Virus record (IMG/VR): IMGVR_UViG_3300028581_000024 | Span: 1 to 64,000 of that record | DNA from: a virus | Strand: one strand, 5' to 3' | Length of the DNA stretch: 64,000 nt | Shown here: positions 9,115-20,300 of the stretch, piece after piece | Numbering within the stretch: the stretch's first letter is position 1 | Layout: every line of letters begins with the position of its first letter | Notes under the pieces: generated by a model | Told to the model about the DNA's origin: nothing | Databases searched by the model: none | The model's input: only the letters and a program-made list of their open reading frames with translations | Position numbers and translations under genes: made by a program

Positions 9115-10932
9115 TTATATAATAATTATGCCCGAACCACCGGTATAAGGGGCAAGATTAGAAATTGATATGCCACTATCATTGACAACGCCATCAGTGT
9201 TGCTGTAAGCTTTGAACACAGTTGGCTTCAATGATATGCCATCCCCTTGGTAGTAAATTGTGAAATCAAACATAGCATTATTGCTAGCAACTGATTTGGG
9301 TAGTAAGTTTGCATTGATATTATCCTGGTTAATAATTGAATTGAGAATTTGTACCTGGTAGTCATAGATTTTTTGCAGATTTCTGTTGATTGCTGCACCT
9401 TGGAAGTTTTCATTTATACAGACATTAGCAAATGTATTGACATCCAGCACAGTGTCTGTAAGAAAAAACGTATTGTACTGTTTTGAAACATAAGTTGTAA
9501 GTCCAGTAGTAGTTTTTCCTTCAAAAAATCTATACCCAGTGTTGCTGTTTAATAGTATTGTATTGTAAAGAAGCTTTTTAAATGCTTTATTATAAACCCA
9601 TGCTTGGTTATACTCATCTTTATTAATAAAAATATCTTGTAATGTGTAGATAGAAAAATCCTCATCCCGTTGCAAAGAGAAAATATTCAAGCCATCCTCA
9701 TACAGCAGAATTCTACCACTGGATAAAGTAGAGTGGTTAGCATACCACAGAATCTGATCTGTGGACACGTTTGGCACAACAGTTAGCCATTTACTAACTC
9801 CTGTTTGATAGGATATGCCAATTGTGGAGTTTGGTTTGGTTGTCCATTTTTTAATTATGGCATTGTTTGCTGTTAGTATGTAGAAGATTTGTGAATCATA
9901 GTTAGCAAATTTTAAATCAACAATTCTATCGCCACCCAGCACGATGTTTGAAAAATCATAGGATGTTGCAGACAGAACAGTATAATCCGAGGTTACATTC
10001 ATCACATACAGTGATTTGTCATTACAGGCAAATAGCTGATTGTCCCGAATGTTGTATGCCATTGCATTGAACCGACCAGCACGTTCAAACAAGGTCTTTA
10101 ATACTGTGGTGTTTAGCCAGTTTAGGTTTTTATCAAACGCTTTGATGCACTTGTTGCCAGTATCCTCTGCAAACAAAATCTCTCCAGTGTAAGCAATTTT
10201 ATTTAAGGAATTAAATTTGGTACGGTCAACTGATGTTCCCTTGCCCCCAATATAATTTGTCAGAAAGAATTTTTGTGCTGTACTGAACAATGTATCAGTA
10301 ATATCATATGTGTAGATATTATTAAGATTTTGATCAGCCACAAAAAGAATATCTTTATTTGTATCAATGGCTATGCCTGTAATGTTATTAAACCCAAGGC
10401 TACCCGACAGCGGATCTATGTTGCGTTGTGTTACTACAAATGGGCTGCCATTCACAACCAAGGGGTTAGTGTACTGGCTTGAGAAAGGTACAATTGTTAG
10501 AGTGGTTGGGCTTGCAGTAATTAAGACTGGAGAATTAAAGGTAGGTGCAATGTATGACAATGCCAGAGTACTATCACTGATTGACGCATATTGCTTGCCC
10601 CCACTCACAAAACTCACAGCATTGGTCGGATTTACTGATGGTGAGAATAGTTTAAATTCAAAAGCAGAAGTTGGCATGGCACCGGTGCCAGTGAGTCCAA
10701 ACCAACCAGAGTAAGTACTGGGTATGCTGTACCCTGCCACATTGCATAGTTTGTAGAGATATAAAAGATTGAAATACAATTTTTCAAGCTTAATGTTCAG
10801 AGTGCTTGCAACTGCCAACTCATTGGGCTGCAGTTCAATTTGATCGTAAGTAAACGGCAAGCTAAAAACATCATCAACAGACCGATCAAGCACCAACCCA
10901 TATTTTATGGCCTCATTTGCAATGCTATTCAT
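9115..10932 (-). CDS. Virion structural protein with NHL-like beta-propeller
   Basis: ITGIAIDTNKDILFVADQNLNNIY and LFAEDTGNKCIKAFD blades. Start moved to the second Met (10932), which follows AGGGAG and overlaps the upstream stop. Confidence 0.65.
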   Translation of the reverse strand: MNSIANEAIKYGLVLDRSVDDVFSLPFTYDQIELQPNELAVASTLNIKLEKLYFNLLYLYKLCNVAGYSIPSTYSGWFGLTGTGAMPTSAFEFKLFSPSVNPTNAVSFVSGGKQYASISDSTLALSYIAPTFNSPVLITASPTTLTIVPFSSQYTNPLVVNGSPFVVTQRNIDPLSGSLGFNNITGIAIDTNKDILFVADQNLNNIYTYDITDTLFSTAQKFFLTNYIGGKGTSVDRTKFNSLNKIAYTGEILFAEDTGNKCIKAFDKNLNWLNTTVLKTLFERAGRFNAMAYNIRDNQLFACNDKSLYVMNVTSDYTVLSATSYDFSNIVLGGDRIVDLKFANYDSQIFYILTANNAIIKKWTTKPNSTIGISYQTGVSKWLTVVPNVSTDQILWYANHSTLSSGRILLYEDGLNIFSLQRDEDFSIYTLQDIFINKDEYNQAWVYNKAFKKLLYNTILLNSNTGYRFFEGKTTTGLTTYVSKQYNTFFLTDTVLDVNTFANVCINENFQGAAINRNLQKIYDYQVQILNSIINQDNINANLLPKSVASNNAMFDFTIYYQGDGISLKPTVFKAYSNTDGVVNDSGISISNLAPYTGGSGIIII

Positions 10933-13900
10933 TTCGTCTCCCTGCATTAGTTAGTGTATTGCCTGGAAAATATGGTTGTAAATATGTTGCACTTTGACTT
11001 GGCAGTGTTGTGATCCACTTGAGATTGTTGAGCTTTGAATAGGCAGGTGTTATATCTTTTATTCTATTAATGATGGCAACATTCAATCTGTCACGGCAAG
11101 TGTTGTCAAGCACATTGTCGTTTATGTAAATATTATAAAGCGTACTCTTAGCGCCAGGCACACCTTGCTTGAAATAACGGGATGCTATGTCCAGGAAGTT
11201 GCGCTTACCTGAAGGCATGTCAAATGTTAAATCATTGGGCATGATCCGCTCTTTATAATGCATGCCAATATCAAAATAGTCGAGCTCTCTGTTATACAAG
11301 TAGAAATTTTGTATTTCAAAATCTTTCACAAAGTAGCTAGTTTTTATGCTTTTTGCGTTGTCAAGATAGTCGCTCAACAGCAAACCATTATAATATGGTG
11401 TTGCACCTGCAAATACTCTGTCTGTGAGTAGAGGCATAAAGTTGTATTTGTTAGGCTCAAATGATGTTGTGCTGTATAATTCTCCATCCAAATAAAGCTT
11501 CAATGTGCCTGCTGGTGGATTGAGAGCAATAGCGAAATGATGATACCCGCTGTCCAGATCACTACCTTGCACAGTTACAGAAGGAATTGCTATATCTTCT
11601 GTATTAAACTGATTATACAATCGAGCTTTGAATGTCAAGACACCTGTGCCATACCGATACTTTAAATAGGAGTAATTAAAGTTATGATTACAAGGTTCGA
11701 TCTTGGAGTTAAAGCTACCGTTCACATCAATGAATGTGGTATCAATCACGTTACCGTCATAATCTAATTTAAATCCTACTGCTTTGCTAACATCAGATCC
11801 GCTTGCCGTAACTAATACTGATTGTTCCAATTCACCATTATAAAAATTTTCTATAAAAGTAACATTCTTTATGTTAACAGGTTGTGTAGAAAACGCTGAA
11901 GCTGCTACAAGGGCAGTAGTAAATGCTAAGGTCTGATGGGGGCCGTAGACTGCTATAAAATTACTGTCACCAGCCCATATGTTATTATTCATATCAATAT
12001 TAAAAAACGAAAATGTACCTTTGGTGCCAGCAACAGTGCAGAGTTGACTTGTTGTTGTGTTGTATTTGCATATAATGCCTGAGCTAAGAAAAAACAAACC
12101 ATCACTCCTGACAATACTATTTGTACCGTCCACAAGAATAATTCTACCATCCAACAGCCTGGATACCTGTAATGCGTCAACTGGTTTTCCAATAATTAAG
12201 TCTGCAGATGCAGGATATACCAGATTGGATGTCAAGTCTATTGCACTCAGCCCCCTATCAGAATACAACACATACCCTCGGGCCTCATCATTAGATGCAT
12301 GAATTATGTTGTACTTAGAGCTAGAGAGAGCTGGTGTTGCATCAACAATGGTTTCACGTATGTCATACTCCACTACCTGCATTCTATCGGTAATAACGTG
12401 AAATGAATTAAGAGCGTCACGGCGAAGAACAAAATCAATATTTCCAAAAGTAGATAGAGCTGTATCATAAGTGTCCACTGCATCCAAATCAGCATTATAT
12501 GCAACAAGAGCACCATTCTTACCATAAAACAGCAAAGGCGTTACTTGAGAGTAATTAAAAATCCCGAGACCATAATCATTGTAATTGCCAAAAATTTCAT
12601 ATCCCAGGGGTTTATTCCAATTGGAACTGTTTGCCCACAAAGTCATTGTAAAGGTGTTGGTATCTAGCTTGATGTTATTAACGTCAAAATAACTATATCG
12701 ACGCCCATCAAAGGCGTATGAGGTAAGATTCTCATTTATGATAGGATCCACATTAGTACCATTCCATATTGAGTAGTATGTAAAGTTTTTTTGTTTCAAC
12801 GTCTTTGACAAACTATTGATATTATTAATTGCATCAATTTTTCCAAAACGAGAATATGCATACCAACACCCTGGTTCCAGAGTTAAACTAGATGGAGTAT
12901 CAACAATGCCAGTTTTTAAATTGTATCCGTCAAAAGATGTAATGTATGTTACATTGCCATCAATAGCACACAGAGCTTGAAATGCTGTATTTTTTGTGGG
13001 TGTATAGTATCTATCCATCCACACAGGTCTCACATTTTTATCATTACCACCAGATAACCAGCTGCAAAGCCACTGACCTGTTTGTTCTCCTGTGGCATCA
13101 CCTTGATTGCTTGTGTACTTGTAATTGGCTTGCTTTTTGAAAATCTTATCACTCTTCAAGGGGTGGTTACCTGCAACTGCACCTGCCTCAACTAATTTTG
13201 ACGATTTAATGTTGAGTCTTTTGTAAGGGTACATATCCTGAGGTGTATGAAACCATGTTGTTTTACCTTGGTCGAAGGTGTATGGGGTTGAATAACAATC
13301 ATACTGGAGATGAAGCTTTTCATATCCTTGCTCTTGCCGTCTTCCTGAAAAAATGGTATTATAATTTCTGTAAAAAGTTGCATTTTCATTAATGAACACA
13401 TTACCTCTGCCTTGCTGATTTTTTATATTCAGTTGATTCTTCAAGGTTAAAATATTGGTCTTTAGAGTGGAGCCTTCAAGGTTCTCAAACTCACTATGCA
13501 ATAGGAAGTTGTTATCTATGCCAAAAAAACTATCCGCAACATTTATGTTTAAATTATTTTGATTGAATCCTGTCTCATATGTACCCCAGTCGTTGGTAAT
13601 CTCTGGAGCAGTAGGAACATCAAAAAAATCCATATAAAACCCTTTTCTTACACTATTGAATGCAATATCACTAGTGCTGGACAGGGATAATTTTCGATTA
13701 TTAACATCGTTTATAATATAGTATGCAAATCCTCTGATTCTCACTTGAAGAGTAAGCTCTCTTGTGGTTTTATCAAAAGTATACACAAACTTTCTCGTAT
13801 AATCATTAGAAGCACTAAACGCACTCAACACTAAGAAATCTAAACTCAATGAGCTAGGATTAAATGACAAATAGTATCTATTGTTGTTGGTTGTGAGGTT

Positions 13901-14338
13901 GGATATAGTAGCAAGGTATGGATTGATCATATCCACCTCAAAAATACAATTGTTTGCAATACCGGACAGCGTCACAGTCATGGAGTTGGTAAAAGACAGT
14001 TGCGATAAACCAGCAGGGGTGTTTGTAGGTATGTTTGTAAGACTCAGGTGTCTGTTTACACCGTCTACAGTATTATATATGGTGCCAAATAATACATTAT
14101 TGAGCTTTTCTGGAGTTTTAAAATCTGTAATTGAAGCCAAATCCAGAGGTTTTGTCAGGTGTAGAAAACTATAATTGTTGTTATTGAAGTCATGTGTTTC
14201 CAGGAAAATAGGGGAAAAAAAAGTAGACAGATTACCATCAATACATATGCTCTTATTAGTGAAATCTATTTGATTATCATATATATAGGAAGCACTCAAT
14301 CCCTTATAATTACTTGGTGTTACAAAACTGGTAAGCAT
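10925..14338 (-). CDS. Large virion protein with split LamG-like domain and beta-propeller
   Basis: FTMTLWANS... and GYHHFAIAL...LKLYLDGEL halves of a LamG/concanavalin-like fold flank beta-propeller-like repeats. Late promoter upstream. Confidence 0.65.
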   Translation of the reverse strand: MLTSFVTPSNYKGLSASYIYDNQIDFTNKSICIDGNLSTFFSPIFLETHDFNNNNYSFLHLTKPLDLASITDFKTPEKLNNVLFGTIYNTVDGVNRHLSLTNIPTNTPAGLSQLSFTNSMTVTLSGIANNCIFEVDMINPYLATISNLTTNNNRYYLSFNPSSLSLDFLVLSAFSASNDYTRKFVYTFDKTTRELTLQVRIRGFAYYIINDVNNRKLSLSSTSDIAFNSVRKGFYMDFFDVPTAPEITNDWGTYETGFNQNNLNINVADSFFGIDNNFLLHSEFENLEGSTLKTNILTLKNQLNIKNQQGRGNVFINENATFYRNYNTIFSGRRQEQGYEKLHLQYDCYSTPYTFDQGKTTWFHTPQDMYPYKRLNIKSSKLVEAGAVAGNHPLKSDKIFKKQANYKYTSNQGDATGEQTGQWLCSWLSGGNDKNVRPVWMDRYYTPTKNTAFQALCAIDGNVTYITSFDGYNLKTGIVDTPSSLTLEPGCWYAYSRFGKIDAINNINSLSKTLKQKNFTYYSIWNGTNVDPIINENLTSYAFDGRRYSYFDVNNIKLDTNTFTMTLWANSSNWNKPLGYEIFGNYNDYGLGIFNYSQVTPLLFYGKNGALVAYNADLDAVDTYDTALSTFGNIDFVLRRDALNSFHVITDRMQVVEYDIRETIVDATPALSSSKYNIIHASNDEARGYVLYSDRGLSAIDLTSNLVYPASADLIIGKPVDALQVSRLLDGRIILVDGTNSIVRSDGLFFLSSGIICKYNTTTSQLCTVAGTKGTFSFFNIDMNNNIWAGDSNFIAVYGPHQTLAFTTALVAASAFSTQPVNIKNVTFIENFYNGELEQSVLVTASGSDVSKAVGFKLDYDGNVIDTTFIDVNGSFNSKIEPCNHNFNYSYLKYRYGTGVLTFKARLYNQFNTEDIAIPSVTVQGSDLDSGYHHFAIALNPPAGTLKLYLDGELYSTTSFEPNKYNFMPLLTDRVFAGATPYYNGLLLSDYLDNAKSIKTSYFVKDFEIQNFYLYNRELDYFDIGMHYKERIMPNDLTFDMPSGKRNFLDIASRYFKQGVPGAKSTLYNIYINDNVLDNTCRDRLNVAIINRIKDITPAYSKLNNLKWITTLPSQSATYLQPYFPGNTLTNAGRRNE

Positions 14339-14342
14339 ATTT

Positions 14343-14350
14343 TATTTATC
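14343..14350 (-). promoter_or_regulatory. Late promoter GATAAATA, 4 nt before ATG
   Basis: GATAAATA-aaat-ATG(14338). Confidence 0.75.
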
Positions 14351-14356
14351 CAGTTA

Positions 14357-15331
14357 TTAGGTATATCGAATATCAATGCCTTCAGCAGCAAAGTATGGGG
14401 GACCGTCACCACTAATGGTCACCCCCGATGTAACATTATTGTATGGTATTAGATCCTCAGATGGAACCAATTGAATATAACTTGGCACCAGGTCAATGCC
14501 TTCACCTTCAATATAATTAAACCCTATTTCTGGGGCTATCACAGGATTCTCTTGTACAGGTTGATCAAATTGCTTGGGAACCAGTGCGCTTACCTGTGGT
14601 TTATTTCGCGATGGCGGTACTGGCTCAACTAAATTAGGCAGTGTAGATAATGATGGTACAGCAAATTCAAGATCACTAATATTGAGTGCGTTCTTAAATA
14701 TTTGTCTATCATTTTTCTTTTCCAGTGTAAGAATTATATCAAACCCAGCAGTCTGCTGTGCATTAAGCAACACAACATCCTCATATATATCTAAAATACC
14801 ACATCTGAATGTGCTCAATGTTAAAGTGTATGTGTTGACACAACAATCATTCCGTATGACACTTATTGTTGGTGTGTATGTGGTAACAAGTGTGTTTGTT
14901 GGGTAGTAGGTCCTGCTAACAACTGTATTAATTGGGGAATATATCACCCCGTCAATGGCTGAGAAGTCAACCGTGTACATTTCACTGCCATCTCCAAAAT
15001 TATATATTACCTTGATAACACGGGAATCAGTTTCATCAATGCCGCTCAACCTAAAATTAACTGTAGTGTTACAAAATAATTTAAATGCACCAATCTGGTA
15101 AGTTTTATAACAGTAATCCTGGAAGCACACATCATACATTGGGCCACCAGAGGTAACACTGTCAAATGTAACACCACCTAGTGCAGACAAGGGCCCGCCA
15201 AACGCAGTTAATGGGTAAAAAATATTCACACCACTTATTGGATCTTTAAAAATATAATGATCAAGATAGTTGCAGTATCCTAGAGCAGATATTGACGCAG
15301 AAGTTATGTAGATGTTGGCTTCAGCACTCAT
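14357..15331 (-). CDS. PKD-like domain virion protein
   Basis: VIYNFGDGS PKD motif and the shared C-terminal tag. ATGA overlap with the upstream gene. Confidence 0.65.
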   Translation of the reverse strand: MSAEANIYITSASISALGYCNYLDHYIFKDPISGVNIFYPLTAFGGPLSALGGVTFDSVTSGGPMYDVCFQDYCYKTYQIGAFKLFCNTTVNFRLSGIDETDSRVIKVIYNFGDGSEMYTVDFSAIDGVIYSPINTVVSRTYYPTNTLVTTYTPTISVIRNDCCVNTYTLTLSTFRCGILDIYEDVVLLNAQQTAGFDIILTLEKKNDRQIFKNALNISDLEFAVPSLSTLPNLVEPVPPSRNKPQVSALVPKQFDQPVQENPVIAPEIGFNYIEGEGIDLVPSYIQLVPSEDLIPYNNVTSGVTISGDGPPYFAAEGIDIRYT

Positions 15332-17289
15332 GAGTTAATTAGGCAGCTTAAATTAAGCATATATGTGTTGTTCTCTAGGTCAATGACAAATCCACTCTGA
15401 TCTATGATAGATATAGCACAGTCGGGAATTGCCAAATGGGCCGGTGGGGCGTTGAATAAGCAGTCTGTGTTGTAAATGCAGAGATAAGATTTGGTATACT
15501 TTGGAGTATATGGTGCAACCACTGAAACAAAGTTATCATATGCATTGACAGATTGTCCAAAAAACATATATTTCTCTCTAAAGCCAGAAGCCGGTGTAAT
15601 GGTGGTTGCTTGTGTGAAAATACCATCATCAGCTCTTCGAAACACATATACCCGTCCTACATTAACTGCTTCATATGTGCCTCCAGGGTTCAAATAAGCC
15701 TCACCAGGTGCACCCACTACACATATCTTATTATTGACGGTAACATCTGTGCCAAAATTACCTGCTATACTATTAATATTATAAAACTCTCCCAACCCCA
15801 TGATTTTATTCCAATTATTTGTAGTTGTAGACAGATAGTAATGGTACACTTCACCTTGCCCTGGATTAGAGAATGATGGCTTTTGGGCAACTGAGGCACC
15901 CACCATCAGATCTCTGCCATAAAGACTTGTGGTGTAGCCAAACCGACTTATGCCAGATGCTGGAGACAAAATGGTTTGCAAATAATTCCAGGAGCTTGTT
16001 GTGTCGCGCTGAAATGCATGCACATATTGATTTGAATTACCAATTATTAGATTGTCACCGTACAGTTGAGTACTTACACCTAGCCCTGTGCCAGATAGCA
16101 CAAAGGATGGAAGTATGGTTTGATATAAACTCCAGGTGCCAATAATTGTTGGGTTGTTACTAGTCTCAATGTAGGTATAGATAAAAATACCACCAACTGT
16201 GCCAGTATCTTCATTAGCTTGTGTGCATATTACCAAGGTGTTTCCATCAATATCTGCAGAAACAGGTGTTGAGTTGTCTGGAGTGGGTATGGTATTAACC
16301 CTAACAAGCTTTTGCCCCAAGTACTCCAGCAACACAACATCACTTGTGTTGTTGAGCTTGCCAACAACTGTTGTATCATCTTGCCCCAGTATAGTAATAC
16401 CAGCGCCAGTGTATATGGTATTCTGAAGTGAGTAGCTATTTAAATCTGTTGTATAGTTTTCAATCTTTCGACTCACAGGTACTGCAATGAATTCTTGACC
16501 CATGCCAAGCTTGCTTGATGGGCTGTGATTGTCCAGCTCTATTATTTGATCACAGGTAGGTATTAGATCCAGGGACCGCTCGATCCCCGGGAACCCTGCA
16601 ATATTAAAATTTCTTATTAAAAATTTTGTTGTGTTATCGTCAGTTGTGTTTGTGAGCGCAACCTTGAATGTTTTTCTGGACATGCTGGGTCTAGTAATTT
16701 TCAAAACATCAACAAAGTCCTTTTCTCTAGGATTTTGCTTCAGCTGGACTCTCACATCTTCAAATTGCTTGCTCACAATTATACGAACAGATCTATAATT
16801 GTCATCATTTATGGCACTTACCTGTTGATCAATAGTAAAAGTCTCAAGACCAGGCACATCAACAATGTTCTTGTGATCTGCTAAATTGTAGAGAAGGTTG
16901 AAATTGTTTTGAATGCCATCACGCACAATGATACTGGGTTGTGGTCTGAGGGCAGACAGCGCTATGCCATCCACCATGTCTGTGGCAAGTGCAAATCTAC
17001 CTGAAGAATCAAAACCAATTCCGAGAATTGCACCTTGTATTCCACCATAACCACCTAATCTGCAGGAATCAGAAGATCTACTTGAAGATGTGTAACCGAG
17101 ACTTTGGCCAGGTCCCCCATCACGAGGCATATCTATGATGCTATCAAAAAAAACTACAGCAAATCCACCAGTTGGTAGCTGTTGTGGGTTGTATCTTGCA
17201 TATTCAAAGGAAATAATAGCATCAGAAAAACTATCCAGAGGCTGATTATTATAAATCGCTATATTTTTATCAGTTTCTGGGGTGTTCAT
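15328..17289 (-). CDS. L-type lectin plus FG-GAP repeat protein (putative receptor-binding protein)
   Basis: GGFAVVFFD...GQSLGY...LGIGFDSSG legume-lectin-like N-terminus. FG-GAP-type repeats FGYTTSL..DLMVGA, FGTDVTV..VVGAPG, VGRVYVF. Confidence 0.75.
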   Translation of the reverse strand: MNTPETDKNIAIYNNQPLDSFSDAIISFEYARYNPQQLPTGGFAVVFFDSIIDMPRDGGPGQSLGYTSSSRSSDSCRLGGYGGIQGAILGIGFDSSGRFALATDMVDGIALSALRPQPSIIVRDGIQNNFNLLYNLADHKNIVDVPGLETFTIDQQVSAINDDNYRSVRIIVSKQFEDVRVQLKQNPREKDFVDVLKITRPSMSRKTFKVALTNTTDDNTTKFLIRNFNIAGFPGIERSLDLIPTCDQIIELDNHSPSSKLGMGQEFIAVPVSRKIENYTTDLNSYSLQNTIYTGAGITILGQDDTTVVGKLNNTSDVVLLEYLGQKLVRVNTIPTPDNSTPVSADIDGNTLVICTQANEDTGTVGGIFIYTYIETSNNPTIIGTWSLYQTILPSFVLSGTGLGVSTQLYGDNLIIGNSNQYVHAFQRDTTSSWNYLQTILSPASGISRFGYTTSLYGRDLMVGASVAQKPSFSNPGQGEVYHYYLSTTTNNWNKIMGLGEFYNINSIAGNFGTDVTVNNKICVVGAPGEAYLNPGGTYEAVNVGRVYVFRRADDGIFTQATTITPASGFREKYMFFGQSVNAYDNFVSVVAPYTPKYTKSYLCIYNTDCLFNAPPAHLAIPDCAISIIDQSGFVIDLENNTYMLNLSCLINS

Positions 17290-17293
17290 ATAT

Positions 17294-17301
17294 TATTTAA
17301 T
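17294..17301 (-). promoter_or_regulatory. Late promoter variant ATTAAATA, 4 nt before ATG
   Basis: ATTAAATA-atat-ATG(17289). Confidence 0.65.
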
Positions 17302-17303
17302 CA

Positions 17304-20300
17304 TTAATAAAGATACGCGGAAATAATTCTATTTGTGGTTATTGGTATGCGCACTTCTCCGTTAGATATTCTTATATTACCACTGGAAACATATGGTGCA
17401 CCAGTGGTGTCTAAGCTCAAGCTAGCATCTGACAGCAGAAGAGACTCATTTTCAATTAGTTCTGCAGTGATTGATGGTGTAAATGTTATGCCGGCACCTG
17501 CAGCATATGGGTATATGACACCATCTCCAAAGTAAGCACTGACCTGACATGCATTGGTAAGAGTAGTTTGCACAGAGGCAAGAGTACCTGCAGCAAACAC
17601 TGCTGTGCAAATAGGGCCACCAGCAGGTCCACAATTAATCCTAGGCGGCACACTGGATGTTACACCACAATTAGTACCAAATCTTTGTATTTGTAGTGTG
17701 TAGAAGTTACCAGCGCTGAAGGTTGCCACCATGGTAACATCTGTATCCATTGTAATGGGTATGGCGCTAATGCCAAATCCCAACACAGTGGTTCTACTCG
17801 ATAATCCCATTGTGGTATTACCTGCAAATGCAGAAGCATATAATGTTAAAACGGTACCACTCAGTATGTTGTACTCAGTAGCAAAATTAGGATTCTCAGC
17901 CTGGGCATATATGCCTAGTGTATCGTTCTTCACATAACCAACACCGCCACCGCTAAAGATAATGGACAAAGTATAAAATCCAATATCAAACACTGCAGAT
18001 AAAGAAACATCAGAGGCTATTACAAATGATGTGGCATCTTCAACAGTGGTTGCATATGATGGAGTATTTGTCCATCCCTTGAATTGATATCCCCTTGCAG
18101 GTATGGCACTCAACACCACTGCAGTGCCAATGCCATTGATTTGTCCAGTACCTGTGAAGGGATACGTGCAGGTACCAGTCTGTCCACCTATTGTTCTTCC
18201 AGAACAATTGATATTGTATGTATTATCAAATTCAGTGGTGGATATAACACGACCATAATCTATTAGATCGCTTGCTGTTGTGACTGTATTTACAGTCACA
18301 TTGTAATCATAGTAACGCACATAATATGCAGACACACTGGCTGGCTCTGTTACAGAGAACGAACAAATATACCTGTCAGATATGCCTGCACAAGGTCCTC
18401 CATCCAATCCCATGAACCACCACCCTGATATTGCAGGTTGTGCTGATAGAGATATATTGGCATTACGCTTGTAAGAATGAGAGAAGGCAATGGGTGTGCT
18501 TATGATGCCATCAGTTGTCGTTACTCTACCCACATCAATCACGTAATCTGGTGTTACATAATATCCTAATGAAAATGCTTCAATAGTATAAAACGGAATA
18601 GCATTAAACACAGCTGTTATGATTTGACTGGATGTAATGTTGAATGCACAATCAGAAAATATTGAACCATCACATGGCCCGCCAACCCAACCACCAAATT
18701 CACTGACAGAATTAGCAGATGCTATAATTGATACAGTGCTACTGTAAGGAAATTGATTGAAACAAATACTTCCACAATCAATGCAATATGGATCGGTTAC
18801 TACTACACCACTACCGGTGCCTGTTTTAGTAATGTATACATCTCTGTATATACTCTGGGGATCGTTGCAAAAAGGTATACTATCAACAGATGATACAGGT
18901 GAAGTGAATATAAATTTAAGAACACTTGGATCGGGATAAGTTGGACGTATGATCTCACAATTGATAGGTGCGGTAAAATTTACATAATCTGCATAAGGGT
19001 AGAGGTATATGGCTGCAGAAAGAGTATACCCCAATGATGTAAATGGCGGGTCTACAACCCCTGCAAAGGTATCTCCTGATACAGCTGTAACTGTCAGCAT
19101 ATACGAATATGTTTGGATAGTCGCGTTAAATTCTTCTATAGTTAAGGTTGGCAAGGTAGACACTACCCATTTATTATAATCACCGTAAAGACTAGGAATG
19201 AGTCCATAATTGGTTTGACCTGGCAGGGAATTGAGCTGCTGCCCACTGATTGTATTAATAGATAAAATATCAGCCATTGCAGTCAATACTGGGTAATATG
19301 ATATAGCGGACAAGCTAGTCACAGTGGCGTATGTAGTAGAAAACGCAATGGCTTCACCTATTGTTTCTCCATAAGTATCTAGCACCACAGCATTCTGGGT
19401 ATTGCTATTGAAGATTAAATTGTTGCCAATGTTTTTAATAGGGAACCCTGAGCAACCTACAAATACAGTCAACTCATTATAGGACTCCCAATCAAATTGC
19501 ACTATGTAGGTTCCAATATTATTCATCTGCACTGGCTTGATACCATCAGCAAACAAATATGTTAATTCTTTGTTTTCACCTGCAAACCCAACATCGAAAT
19601 AACCAGATTTTATGAATTGACCACCCATTGTACCACCAACTGCACCAACATACTTAACAAGAAAGGGCATTGATGGATTATAGTAATTGTTATCATAAAC
19701 AAAATAATATGGTCTGAACATTCGAGGGTTAAATGTCTCAAGAAATCGATCCCAGTCCCCATCTTTAAGCTGCTCATTAACAAACAAAGGCATACCATTG
19801 AGATTTTTAGCCAAGTATGTGAAATTAAATAAGCTCTTTTTTTCTGATTTGGTAAAACTAACACCATCTATTTCTACTATATTAATCTGTGGTGGCTCAG
19901 CAAATCCTGCACTCAATGAATATGAATTAATTGAAAAATTTGAAGTAATTGTGGAGGGGTATATTTTTTCCACATTAATATTTGTGAGTGGTGTTTTGTA
20001 TATGGTTGGATATAATATTTTATAGTTTGAACCAGACAAATAAGGTAGTAGATTTAAGAATGCCACATATAATGTATTTTCCCTTTCTGAATACCATTCA
20101 CCTGCAAACCGCTCAAGCTTACTATCTGTAAAGTACTTTGGCATGTAGAATCCAACTGTATTATTGTTAATAATCTTGCTTGCGTCAAAATCATAAGATA
20201 ATGAGTCTATTATAACATAATTAGCAGTTTCTAAGACAAATGTATCGTAATACATGTTAAAATAGAGCACTGAACTGGACATCTCTTCTCTAACTTGCTC

